A stretch of DNA of 60,524 nucleotides from Hyphobacterium sp. Its GTDB lineage: Bacteria > Pseudomonadota > Alphaproteobacteria > Caulobacterales > Maricaulaceae. Positions 40,101 through 48,386 of this stretch are shown in pieces. Below the pieces are notes generated by a model. It saw only the letters and a program-made list of their open reading frames with translations, searched no databases and was not told where the DNA came from. Where the stretch lies: positions 1-60,524 of the forward strand of contig BQJI01000001.1 of assembly GCA_021604625.1 (NCBI GenBank), read 5' to 3'. Made by a program: the position numbers and the translations under genes. How positions within the stretch are numbered: the first letter of the stretch is position 1; each line of letters begins with the position of its first letter.

Positions 40101-40210
40101 AAGCTTCCGGGGAATATCATGCCATTATCGATGCGCCCGCAAACGATCAGGCACCGGCATTACTGCTTTCCGGCTCTGACCATGGATGGCGAATGGTGAG
40201 GAACCAATAG
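37112..40210 (+). CDS. Large secreted surface protein: cadherin/VCBS (Ig-like) repeats, InlB-B-like repeat and an uncharacterised C-terminal region
   Basis: Signal peptide; repeated NDAP.A..D / NDxDPD / DxFxYTISD units; GAGSITSEPSGIGC...FQSWGGDC. Confidence 0.8.
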   Translation: MNDDRTCIAKTLFAAFSGLILTSTVFAQGNSAPDAVDDVIIAGIAHDPPAQGITRLVEQIDYSLFAGTVVARFTALEGGGFVMIWESLSWDNDDIYSQQYSATGSPVGTRINATIEDLENGSEKATLVGGGYVYAYTDFVCTFYLGVPPTCRGGDHRLNFRLVLPAPLLVDSSYPLDVFANDSDPNGDVLTLTHVNGNAIVEDGSVTLPSGVSITLLGGELVYDPRSAPFAIALPKDVSADDNFTYTISDGVLTDTANVTVTLTGVNDAPSAESDELSAGEDADGADVTATLLSNDTDPDTGTTAQLAISAIDTTGTQGQVNFNAGNVTYSPNGAYESLAVGQTSSDTFHYTITDPDGLIATAAVTVTISGANDAPTADDDALSFSEEEGAKDVTALLLASDFDLDDGETAQLLITAIDSSSANGLVTLSNGSVSYDPNGAFNWLEDGQSITDQFQYTISDPHGATATATATVTIQGFAGYRLTIDRTGLGAGSITSEPSGIGCGSGGACEALFPQDENVTLSVEVEPTTRFQSWGGDCASANQSACALTMNQNRYAFARFELENPPAGRIVAATLPGARSGYIGGGDITVFMTVLSRQSTPAQSCRVTAPNNPPFTLSYRQVNARNEVIGDANPLFDLGNGGAINFVIALTPTQTTDANGYTFLPQIECENANLSPIEGVNSVLVSIGAAPVPDILSIGATPTADGVVRISATGNRISFMSAAALNIGAGDGSAGAGEATVTASVDTGAASLPLTLEVCETTSTGGCITPRGVDNVTTVFESNVVKYFGVFVRANGDSTVPFSPANARVFLRFADANGTIRSATSAAVFAPSPAGDQPEFQSAMPVGRWSVLVRQGDGEWPSLTRGSLYVLPNGTAILDDSQSVSRLSFEGFVAANDIGRFAANESDGAWTPEGSIQTGPILSEFPGDLWGVRDARSEIAPDWGDLSGRYGDGIQIASDGSISGTIAGCMISGRSRADNETATGLRVASVNLMRCEASGEYHAIIDAPANDQAPALLLSGSDHGWRMVRNQ

Positions 40211-40232
40211 ATCATCAGAAGAAGGCTTGTCG

Positions 40233-40460
40233 TTAGCCATCTTCCCATACACACGATCCCGCATCATCGACACCCCCACCATGGACATACGGATTACGGT
40301 TGCCGGTGACCGCAAAGATGCGTGCTTCCCTTTCTGCTTCCCATGGCGATATCGGATCGTTCTCCGACCATTCAACAAACATTTCCCACTCTTCGTCTAG
40401 CATGCGAACGCCATGGGTATTGTCCATGTAGAACCACACCCGTGCGACATCGCCTCGATG
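40233..40460 (-). pseudogene. C-terminal fragment of endonuclease I (EndA/Dns family)
   Basis: HRGDVARVWFYM...W...DPISPWEAERE.RI...GNRNPYV matches the endonuclease I C-terminus; the N-terminal part is missing. Confidence 0.75.
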
Positions 40461-40549
40461 GCAAGGCGGCGATAACCGAAGCGACGACGCTCCCCGGCCA
40501 GATCACGCAGGCGCCCACGCAAAGGCGCATCGCCCGCATCGCGCTTGCT
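40461..40549 (-). pseudogene. IS3-family transposase OrfB fragment
   Basis: Manual translation SKRDAGDAPLRGRLRDLAGERRRFGYRRL, typical of the IS3/IS407-group OrfB N-terminus; GC-richer than its surroundings. Confidence 0.75.
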
Positions 40550-40782
40550 GTTCCCCGTCAGCGTTCGGGAGACTGGTAGAACATCTTGGCCAAAGGCCGG
40601 GTATTTCTACGAGAAAAATTCTCGGCATACCTTGCAATAGAAACCGCACCCCCGGCAGCCCCTGCCCACCCCACTATTCATAAGACTTACTGTCAGCGCC
40701 AACCACGGACGGTGTTGGTGGAAATCCAGTGGAACCAAACTTTTTACAGTTTGGCCTTTTGCAGATAAGTTATTGAAAAGAA

Positions 40783-40857
40783 TGGAGCGGGCGATGAGAT
40801 TCGAACTCACGACATTCACCTTGGCAAGGTGACGCTCTACCCCTGAGCTACGCCCGC
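40783..40857 (-). tRNA. tRNA-Gly(GCC)
   Basis: GCGGGCGTAGCTCAGGGGTAGAGCGTCACCTTGCCAAGGTGAATGTCGTGAGTTCGAATCTCATCGCCCGCTCCA: cloverleaf, anticodon GCC, encoded CCA. Confidence 0.98.
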
Positions 40858-40936
40858 TCAACATGGGGTTCCGACTTTCGCCGGGAGGCCGGGTATATCG
40901 CGCAATCCCGGCTTAAAGGCAAGACGCTAGATTCAG

Positions 40937-41503
40937 CTAGCCGGAAAGCGTTTCCAGATAGAGGTCGAACCGGTCCTGCCCCCAGTATTTCTGGCCGTCC
41001 GCGATCAGGAAGGGAATACCGAACACGCCGTGTTCATTGACGGCCTCGCGGGCTTTGTCTGTCGCCGATATTATCGCTGCAGATGCTTTCAGATCGTCAG
41101 CGCCCGGTAAATCCAGATCCAGCGTCGCGGCAATGTCGGCCAGAACATCATGCCGGTTGAGGTCGCGTCCTTCGCCCCATCGCGCGTCGGAAGCGGCACA
41201 CGCAAACGCGAATCCCTTTCCGGCGAGATCGGCAAAGTGAAAGGCGCGATTGGCCATCAGATTGGTCAGCTCGAACGGGTCGGGAAACGCCATCTTCAAG
41301 CCCGCCCGCGCTGTCATGCGTGGAATGTCTTCCAGATAATAATCCAGCTTGGGGCGACTGTCGGTCGGGTTGAAGAAGGGCGCGCCATCGGGCGGGCCGG
41401 TGAAGGGAATCATGGTCGGCGAAACACCCGCGGCTTTCAGCTTGGACAGACCGATCCGGGAATAGGGGCTGCGAAAAGCGAAAAAACAAATCGGCGATGT
41501 CAT
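40937..41503 (-). CDS. 2-hydroxychromene-2-carboxylate isomerase / DsbA-like (GST kappa)
   Basis: FAFRSPYS and GVFGIPF...YWGQDRF motifs. Confidence 0.85.
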   Translation of the reverse strand: MTSPICFFAFRSPYSRIGLSKLKAAGVSPTMIPFTGPPDGAPFFNPTDSRPKLDYYLEDIPRMTARAGLKMAFPDPFELTNLMANRAFHFADLAGKGFAFACAASDARWGEGRDLNRHDVLADIAATLDLDLPGADDLKASAAIISATDKAREAVNEHGVFGIPFLIADGQKYWGQDRFDLYLETLSG

Positions 41504-41584
41504 GTCGGCTCACTCCTGTATCGGCAGGCTGGCGCGCGCGAATTTGCGCTTGATCCCTGCACTCTATGCCCCATAACGCCAGAC

Positions 41585-42094
41585 ATGCCTGCTACCCGAG
41601 ATGAATTATTCGCATTCCTCGATGAATTGGACATCGCCCACTCAACGCTCGACCATGCGCCGGTTTTTACCGTCGATGAAGGTCAGGCGATCAAGAAAAA
41701 CTTGCCCGGCGGCCATACCAAGAATTTGTTCCTGAAAGACAAGAAGGGACATCTGGTGCTGGTCTCCGCGCTCGGCGATACGCCGGTCCGGGTCAATCGC
41801 CTGCACCGTCTGATCGGCTGTCAGCGCCTGTCATTTGCGAAGGAAAACGACCTGCTCGAAGCGTTGGGCGTGCGTCCCGGATCGGTGACCGCCCTTGCCC
41901 TCATCAATGACCCCGATGCGCGCGTTACTTTTGTGTTGGATGCGGAGTTGCTGGCGACCGACCCGGTCAATTTCCATCCCTTGTTGAATGACGCCACCAC
42001 GGCGATATCGCGCGATGATCTGCTGAAATTTGCGCAGGCCACCGGCCATGACCCGTTAATCGTGGATTTTGCCGCGCTGGCGGCAGACGACTGA
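41585..42094 (+). CDS. Prolyl-tRNA editing protein (ProX/PrdX, YbaK-like)
   Basis: [31 protein letters not shown] and NFHPL motifs. Confidence 0.9.
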   Translation: MPATRDELFAFLDELDIAHSTLDHAPVFTVDEGQAIKKNLPGGHTKNLFLKDKKGHLVLVSALGDTPVRVNRLHRLIGCQRLSFAKENDLLEALGVRPGSVTALALINDPDARVTFVLDAELLATDPVNFHPLLNDATTAISRDDLLKFAQATGHDPLIVDFAALAADD

Positions 42095-42156
42095 CCTTGT
42101 AAAGCAACGCTGCTCGCGCCAAGTAAACCCTGACAACAGACAGACGGACGTCCATC

Positions 42157-43089
42157 ATGAGCGAATTCTTCACGACCAACCCCGACGCGGCCCCTTCTGC
42201 GCCGCAGGCCCCCGCCGGAGATCTGGTAAAAGACGGCAGTGATCAGGGCTTCATGGCCGATGTCGTCGAGCCGTCCAAAGAAATTCCTGTCATTGTCGAT
42301 TTCTGGGCGCCCTGGTGCGGTCCGTGTCGCCAGCTTGGACCGGCCATCGAAAATGCTGTGCGCAAGGCGCAAGGCAAAGTCCGTCTGGTCAAGATCAATA
42401 TCGATGAAAATCCGGGCATTGCCGGTCAGTTGCAGGTGAAATCCATCCCCGCCGTCTTTGCCTTCAAGGACGGTCAGCCGGTGGATGGTTTCATGGGTGC
42501 GCTGCCGGAAAGCCAGATCAAAGACTTCATCAAGCGCCTGACCGGCGACGGTCCGGACAAGGCGGAAATCGACGCCATGCTGACACGCGCCGAGGACAGT
42601 CTCGCCTCCGGCGATCTCGGCGGTGCGGCACAGGACTTTTCACTCGCCGCACAGTCCGATCCGGAAAATCCGGCCCCGATTGCCGGCATGGCGCGGGTCT
42701 TCCTTGCGGGCGGTGAAGCCGACAAGGCGAAGGAGGTCTTGCAGCACATTCCGGAAGACAAGATGTCGGACCCGGCGGTCCAGGCTGTTTTGACGGCATT
42801 GAAGCTGGCGGAAGAAGCCGGTGAGGCGGGCGAGGTATCCGAGCTGGAACAGAAGCTGGCTGATAATCCCGGTGATCATGAAACCCGGTTCGAACTGGCC
42901 AATGCTTTGGTCGGCAAGGGCGATCTGCAAGGCGCAACCGATCAGCTCTTCCTGATCCTGGAAGCCGAGGCCGAGTGGGAAGAGGGCAAGGCGAAAGCCC
43001 GTCTTCTGGAGGTGTTCGAGGCCGCAGGCTTTGCCTCGCCCGTCGCCAAGGCTGGTCGCCGCCGCCTCTCCACTATGCTGTTCTCCTGA
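42157..43089 (+). CDS. ybbN: Thioredoxin-TPR chaperedoxin (YbbN/CnoX)
   Basis: WAPWCGPC thioredoxin domain, TPR region, C-terminal GRRRLSTMLFS. Confidence 0.9.
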   Translation: MSEFFTTNPDAAPSAPQAPAGDLVKDGSDQGFMADVVEPSKEIPVIVDFWAPWCGPCRQLGPAIENAVRKAQGKVRLVKINIDENPGIAGQLQVKSIPAVFAFKDGQPVDGFMGALPESQIKDFIKRLTGDGPDKAEIDAMLTRAEDSLASGDLGGAAQDFSLAAQSDPENPAPIAGMARVFLAGGEADKAKEVLQHIPEDKMSDPAVQAVLTALKLAEEAGEAGEVSELEQKLADNPGDHETRFELANALVGKGDLQGATDQLFLILEAEAEWEEGKAKARLLEVFEAAGFASPVAKAGRRRLSTMLFS

Positions 43090-43131
43090 CCAGCCCTTGG
43101 CAAATGCCTTCTAGAGCCCTAGCTCTTGGGT

Positions 43132-43761
43132 ATGACCCGTTTGCCGACATCCCTGCCGATTTTTCCACTGGGCGGTGCCATTTTGCTGCCCGGCGAGATC
43201 CTGCCGCTCAATATTTTCGAGCCGCGCTATCTCAACATGATTGATGATGTGATGGCGGCAGACAAATTGCTGGGCATTGTCCAGACCCGCGCGGGTGGAC
43301 CCGCTGATGCGCCTTTCATCGAGGCGATTGGCGGAGCCGGCATCATAACCGGATATACCGAGACCGAAGACGGGCGATATATGATCGAGCTGGAGGGCGT
43401 ATCCCGTTTCGAGATCACGGCCGAGCTTGACGAGAAAACGCCCTATCGCACGGCACGTATCGACTGGTCGCTTTTTGACGGTGACCGGGCCGCACCTGAT
43501 GCCCTGCTCACGGCTGACCGGCAACGTTTCACAGCTCTTCTGCGCGGCTGGTTTGCGCAGGAATCGATCAAGTGTGACTGGTCGACCGTCGAGGCCGCAC
43601 CGGTGATCCGGATTGTCGACCAGATTGCGATGTCCGCCCCGTTTGCGGCGAAGGAAAAACAGGCTTTGCTGGAAGCCGAAGACGGGCGCGCCCGCTTTGA
43701 TCTGATGACCGCGCTTCTGGAAAAGAAGCTGGCGGAAGGCGCAGGCGGCACGCCGAACTAG
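43132..43761 (+). CDS. LON peptidase substrate-binding domain protein
   Basis: LPIFPL...LPLNIFEPRYLNMI...DGRYMI.L.GVSRF. Confidence 0.9.
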   Translation: MTRLPTSLPIFPLGGAILLPGEILPLNIFEPRYLNMIDDVMAADKLLGIVQTRAGGPADAPFIEAIGGAGIITGYTETEDGRYMIELEGVSRFEITAELDEKTPYRTARIDWSLFDGDRAAPDALLTADRQRFTALLRGWFAQESIKCDWSTVEAAPVIRIVDQIAMSAPFAAKEKQALLEAEDGRARFDLMTALLEKKLAEGAGGTPN

Positions 43762-43793
43762 GCAGGACCATTGGGACGCGATAGAAGACAATC

Positions 43794-44006
43794 ATGATCG
43801 AACAATCCGAAACTCCGTCTAGGGACGTTGATCCGAAGCTGCTGGAAGTGTTGGTCTGTCCGGTCACGCGCGGCCCGCTCGTCTATGACCGCAAAGCCAA
43901 TGAACTGGTCTCGAAATCCGCGCGGCTGGCCTATCCGATCCGCGAGGGCGTGCCGATCATGCTCGCCGATGAAGCGCGCGAATTGAGCGATAAAGAAACC
44001 AAATGA
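43794..44006 (+). CDS. Trm112 family protein (YcaR-like)
   Basis: [13 protein letters not shown]...[12 protein letters not shown]. Confidence 0.92.
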   Translation: MIEQSETPSRDVDPKLLEVLVCPVTRGPLVYDRKANELVSKSARLAYPIREGVPIMLADEARELSDKETK

Positions 44007-44302
44007 GCCGTCCCTGGCCGACGAGGATTGATTTCTCCGCCTCCCGCAAAATCCTGACCGTTGAATTCGACGACGGACAGACCGGCGAAATTTCCTTTGA
44101 ACATCTGCGCACGCATTCACCGAGCGCCGAGGTTCAGGGCCATTCCCCGGACCAGAGAAAAATCGTCACCGGCAAGGAAAATGTCGGCGTGACCGCGGCC
44201 AATCCCGTCGGTCGCTATGCCATCCAGATCGTCTTCGATGATGGCCATGACACCGGCATTTTTACCTGGGACTATCTGCGCGAACTCGCCGGGCTGGCGT
44301 AA
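44003..44302 (+). CDS. DUF971 / GBBH-like N-terminal domain protein
   Basis: [18 protein letters not shown] and [15 protein letters not shown] motifs. Confidence 0.9.
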   Translation: MSRPWPTRIDFSASRKILTVEFDDGQTGEISFEHLRTHSPSAEVQGHSPDQRKIVTGKENVGVTAANPVGRYAIQIVFDDGHDTGIFTWDYLRELAGLA

Positions 44303-44307
44303 GCCGC

Positions 44308-44435
44308 ATCACCTCGCCCTTCGAGGCTCGCCTCCCCGCTTTCGCGGGGATAAGCCGTTCGCCCCTCAGGATGAGGTGATTTTCAACCCTCAACTCACCT
44401 CAGGCTGAGGCGCTTTCCCAAGGAAAGCCTCGAAG
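44308..44435. repeat. REP/MITE-like palindromic intergenic element
   Basis: Nested inverted repeats: ATCACCTC/GAGGTGAT, CTTCGAGGC/GCCTCGAAG, TCCCCGC/GCGGGGA, GCTTTCC/GGAAAGC. Confidence 0.6.
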
Positions 44436-44444
44436 CACGCATGA

Positions 44445-45455
44445 CTATTCCGCTGCCCGCTCGGAAGGCGCAGATGGAGCCACCATCGGCTCCAGCCCGA
44501 GATCACTGAACAGCGCACCATCCAATTCCATGTCCGGATTGGGCGTGGTCAGTAATTCCTCGCCGACAAAAATCGAATTCGCCCCGGCCAGAAAACACAA
44601 GGCCTGCAGTTCGCGACTCATGCCTTCGCGGCCCGCCGACAGGCGCACCACCGATTGCGGCATCATCAAACGCGCTGTGGCTATGGCGCGGACAAAATCA
44701 AACCCGTCTAGCGGTTTCGCATGACCCAGCGGTGTGCCCTCGACCGCCACCAGATGATTGATCGGCACGCTTTCCGGATGCGGTGAAAGCGTGGCCAGCT
44801 CGACCAGCAGGCCGATCCGGTCATCTTCGCTTTCGCCCATGCCGATAATCCCGCCGCAGCAGATATTGATCCCGGCCTCGCGCACCAGGCCAAGCGTTTC
44901 CAGCCGGTCGTCATAGGTGCGGGTGGTGATCACGCTGTCATAATATTCGCGGCTCGTATCCAGATTGTGATTGTAATAATCCAGTCCCGCAGATTTCAGG
45001 CGTTTGGCCTGATTTTCTTCCAGCATGCCGAGCGTGACACAGGTCTCCAGCCCTTCCGATTTCACCCCCGAAATCATTTCGCAGACGACCTCGACATCGC
45101 GATCCTTCAGCGATCGCCAGGCCGCGCCCATGCAAAACCGTGTCGCGCCACCGGCTTTCGCTTTTCGCGCTGCATCAAGGACATCATCAACCGGCATCAG
45201 CTTGGAGGCCTTCAGTCCGGTCTGGTGAAAGGCGGACTGGCTGCAATAACCGCAATCTTCCGCGCAGCCGCCGGTCTTGATCGACAGAAGCTGGGATTTT
45301 TGCACCGCATTGGCCTGATGGTGCTGGCGATGAACGCTTTGCGCCGTAAACAGCAAATCGTTAAACGGTGCGCGATATATCGAACCCGCCTCGTCTGCAG
45401 TCCAGTCAAAGCGGGGCTTTGACAAAGCGCTGATATCAAGGACATTTGCGGACAT
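44445..45455 (-). CDS. bioB: Biotin synthase
   Basis: [17 protein letters not shown] radical SAM motif, [15 protein letters not shown] and VRLSAGR. Confidence 0.97.
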   Translation of the reverse strand: MSANVLDISALSKPRFDWTADEAGSIYRAPFNDLLFTAQSVHRQHHQANAVQKSQLLSIKTGGCAEDCGYCSQSAFHQTGLKASKLMPVDDVLDAARKAKAGGATRFCMGAAWRSLKDRDVEVVCEMISGVKSEGLETCVTLGMLEENQAKRLKSAGLDYYNHNLDTSREYYDSVITTRTYDDRLETLGLVREAGINICCGGIIGMGESEDDRIGLLVELATLSPHPESVPINHLVAVEGTPLGHAKPLDGFDFVRAIATARLMMPQSVVRLSAGREGMSRELQALCFLAGANSIFVGEELLTTPNPDMELDGALFSDLGLEPMVAPSAPSERAAE

Positions 45456-45846
45456 GACGCCTCACCCGTTTTCTTCGCCGCCGGACCCTAGAAAGAGCCA
45501 GGCCTTGCGGCAAGCAGCGAAAGGCATGTTCTGGTTTGCCTTTGCAGCAATCACCGTTCTGGCCTTGCTGCCGGGTCCGGCCGCGCCGCCACGGATTTTC
45601 GGAACAGACAAGATCGAGCACGCGCTGGCGTTTCTGGTGCTGACTTTGCTGGCAAGTTTTGGGTGGCGCGGCCTGCCATTGTGGTTTCTGGCGCTGGCCA
45701 TGCTCACCTACGGGCTTGTGATCGAACTGGTGCAGGGCTCGCCCATCCTCCAGCGCACCATGTCCTTTGCTGATGTGGTCGCGGATGGTGTCGGCATTGC
45801 ACTCGCCATCATCCTCGCATTCCTGCTCGGACTTCGGAAATGGTGA
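45454..45846 (+). CDS. VanZ-like membrane protein (start uncertain)
   Basis: [18 protein letters not shown] and [12 protein letters not shown] motifs. Confidence 0.75.
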   Translation: MTPHPFSSPPDPRKSQALRQAAKGMFWFAFAAITVLALLPGPAAPPRIFGTDKIEHALAFLVLTLLASFGWRGLPLWFLALAMLTYGLVIELVQGSPILQRTMSFADVVADGVGIALAIILAFLLGLRKW

Positions 45847-46667
45847 CGCGCCCGCCCTATAAAGCCTACTATAATGGCCCGCCTCTGTTTCAGGTTGGCC
45901 TGCAACGCATTGATCCCGCGCTCTGGCTGTCACCCGACCCGGAATCAGACTGGCTCGATCTCAAAAGCCAACGCCTGGATGCCGCGCCGGAGCGCTATTA
46001 TCGCGCATTGCCCTCAGCGGCGCTCGCCGAGGCCGAAGCATTGGCGCGCATCGAGGCCGCAACGGGCCACACCAGCTCCAGCCGGGACGAATCCGCCCTG
46101 ATCGCAGCGGGCCGACTGGTCTCCGATGATCTGGTGGTGATGGAAAACGCCGGCGAGGGCTGGGTTTCGACCAGTCTTTTGCTTACCCAGCCGACTTTCT
46201 TTTCACTGAATGATGCCTTCAATCGCGAGCTTCACGATCTGCATGCGCCGGTGCCGGACGGTTCACCGGCTCTGGCCGGAAAAATTGCCCGCGTTTTTGA
46301 TCGCATGCCCGCAGGCGAGGTGTTTGAGCGCTTTAACTGGACCGTCCAGCTGGGCCTGGAACGCCACTGGCCGCATGGCACGGCAATGCGCGAACAATTG
46401 AATACCACGCCGCTCGATGCCGCGCTTCAGGCGCTGACCCTGCGGGTCGAACGCCAGACGCTTGTCCGGCTGGAGGCGACAAACGCCATTCTGTTTTGTA
46501 TCCGGATTTGCCTTGATCCGATTGCCGAGGCGCTGGCCGATCCCGAAGACCGCGCTGTTTTCGCGAAAAACTGGCGCGCCGCGTCCGATGATGCGCTGGC
46601 CTACAAGCGCTGGGGTCTGTTCAGCGCCCATGTCGAGGCCGCGCTTGCGGCACTGGACGGCCCATAG
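45840..46667 (+). CDS. DUF3445 / haem-dependent oxidative N-demethylase alpha-like protein
   Basis: GRLVSDDLVVM, LHAPVP, ERFNWT and LRVERQTL.RL motifs. Confidence 0.8.
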   Translation: MVTRPPYKAYYNGPPLFQVGLQRIDPALWLSPDPESDWLDLKSQRLDAAPERYYRALPSAALAEAEALARIEAATGHTSSSRDESALIAAGRLVSDDLVVMENAGEGWVSTSLLLTQPTFFSLNDAFNRELHDLHAPVPDGSPALAGKIARVFDRMPAGEVFERFNWTVQLGLERHWPHGTAMREQLNTTPLDAALQALTLRVERQTLVRLEATNAILFCIRICLDPIAEALADPEDRAVFAKNWRAASDDALAYKRWGLFSAHVEAALAALDGP

Positions 46668-46698
46668 AAAAAGGCCCCGCCATTCGGCAGGGCCTTCT
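46668..46698. terminator. Terminator hairpin between convergent genes
   Basis: AAAAAGGCCC...GGGCCTT stem. Confidence 0.55.
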
Positions 46699-46720
46699 CC
46701 GTTTCAGATGCTGTCGACGC

Positions 46721-48229
46721 CTAATTGTCGGGTGTATCGTCACCCGCATCGACATTGATTGCCGCCTGCGCGGCCGCTTCCTTGCCTTCACCGGCATCAA
46801 GTTTCGCAAAATACTCGCGCGTCATCTTGAAGATCAGCGGTGACAGAACCAGCAGCGCAATCAGGTTCGGCGCCGCCATCAGCCCGGTCAATGTATCAGT
46901 GGTCAACCATACCGTATTCATCAGCGCCGTGACGTTATCACCCGCATAGAGCAGCGCCGTGGCACCCAGAATCATCAGGATCCAGGTAATCCGGAATGGC
47001 AGGATGATTTTCACGCCGAACAAATATTCCGCACAACGCTCGCCATAATAGGACCAGCCCAGAATGGTGGTGAAGGCGAACAGCGCCAGCGCAATGGTGA
47101 CGAATTCATCACCAAAAGGCAGATTTGACCCAAAGGCCGCTGCAGTGATGCGGGCACCGGTTTCGCAGATTTGTGGCAAATCGCCACTCAGCGCGATAAG
47201 GCCGGCATTACATTCGGGCGGAATGACGCCGGAAGTCAGAATGGCCAGACCGGTAATCGAACACACCATGATCGTGTCGATGAAAGTTCCGAGCATGGCG
47301 ATAATGCCCTGATCGACCGGGCTGTCATTCTGCGCCGCCGCGTGGGCGATCGGCGCCGAGCCCTGCCCGGCTTCGTTCGAGAAAATACCGCGTGCGACGC
47401 CGCGTTGCATGGCCAGCATCAACAACGCGCCGGAGAACCCGCCCAGCGCGGCATCATAACCGAAAGCGCTTGTGAAAACGCCGCTGAGCGCGGCAGGAAT
47501 GGCATCGACATTCATGCCGACAATCACAAGGCCAACTATGATGTAGAGCCCGGCCATGGACGGGACCAGCGCACTGGCCACGCTGGCAATTCGCTTGATG
47601 CCGCCAAGGATTACTGCACCGGCAAGCACAGCAATCAGCGCGCCTGTCATCCAGTATTCCACGCCCCACGTATCATTGACGGTGCGTACAACTTCGGCGG
47701 TCTGGATGGCATTGCCTGTGCCCAACCCGGCCATGACGCCGAAAAAGGCGAATATGCCGCCCAGCCAGACCCATTTCTTGCCCATGCCATTCTTGATGTA
47801 ATACATCGGACCACCGACCCGGCGCCCTTCGGAGTCAACTTCGCGGAACTTCACCGCCAGCACGCCTTCGGCAAACTTTGTCGCCATGCCGACCAGCGCC
47901 GTCATCCACATCCAGAACAGAGCGCCCGGTCCGCCAATGGCAATCGCCACGGCCACACCGGCAATATTTCCGGTACCAATGGTCGACGACAACGCCGTCA
48001 TCAGCGCTGCAAACGGCGTGACATCCCCTTCACCGCTGGCTTTCCGGCCCTTCATCAGCTCACCAAAGGCAAAGCCGATTTTTCTGAGCGGCATGAATTT
48101 CAGGAACACTGTCAGATACAGACCGGTCCCCAATAACAGGACCAGCATCGGCGGACCCCAGACGAAGTTGTTCACTTCGCCGACATAGCCGGAAATGATC
48201 TGTCCAAATGTTGCGGCTTCAGCGTCCAT
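46721..48229 (-). CDS. Alanine/glycine:cation symporter (AGCS family)
   Basis: IGTGNIAGVA, GGPGALFWMW, GGPMYYI and RGIFSNEAGQGSAPIAH motifs. Confidence 0.93.
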   Translation of the reverse strand: MDAEAATFGQIISGYVGEVNNFVWGPPMLVLLLGTGLYLTVFLKFMPLRKIGFAFGELMKGRKASGEGDVTPFAALMTALSSTIGTGNIAGVAVAIAIGGPGALFWMWMTALVGMATKFAEGVLAVKFREVDSEGRRVGGPMYYIKNGMGKKWVWLGGIFAFFGVMAGLGTGNAIQTAEVVRTVNDTWGVEYWMTGALIAVLAGAVILGGIKRIASVASALVPSMAGLYIIVGLVIVGMNVDAIPAALSGVFTSAFGYDAALGGFSGALLMLAMQRGVARGIFSNEAGQGSAPIAHAAAQNDSPVDQGIIAMLGTFIDTIMVCSITGLAILTSGVIPPECNAGLIALSGDLPQICETGARITAAAFGSNLPFGDEFVTIALALFAFTTILGWSYYGERCAEYLFGVKIILPFRITWILMILGATALLYAGDNVTALMNTVWLTTDTLTGLMAAPNLIALLVLSPLIFKMTREYFAKLDAGEGKEAAAQAAINVDAGDDTPDN

Positions 48230-48386
48230 AATCTCTCCCCAGGATTTATTCGAAGCGCAGATTAGGAAGGTCTGACTATGACGCAACGGGTTTTTGCGGA
48301 GAGTGACGTAATCGTGTCCGAAATTTAACGGGCGCCATTGCGCGCCTTCGACCATAATTGGCAAAATATTGCGGAGTTTATCGATT

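Larger units (their letters stand above)
33473..40830. mobile_element. tRNA-Gly-integrated genomic island / integrative element (7,306 bp between repeat starts)
   Basis: Flanking 52-bp direct repeats, an integrase next to one att site, an Xis-like gene, and visibly more AT-rich sequence and codon use than the flanks. Confidence 0.93.

Noticed and set aside
33473-40830. Prophage or ICE
   Set aside because: No structural, packaging, lysis, relaxase or T4SS genes between the att repeats.
48242-48251. GAATAAATCC on the minus strand, like the local ECF -35 element
   Set aside because: No CGTT at the 18-bp spacing and it abuts the RBS; probably chance.
48230-48368. Glycine riboswitch upstream of the alanine/glycine symporter
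   Set aside because: The leader is short and lacks the conserved aptamer blocks.
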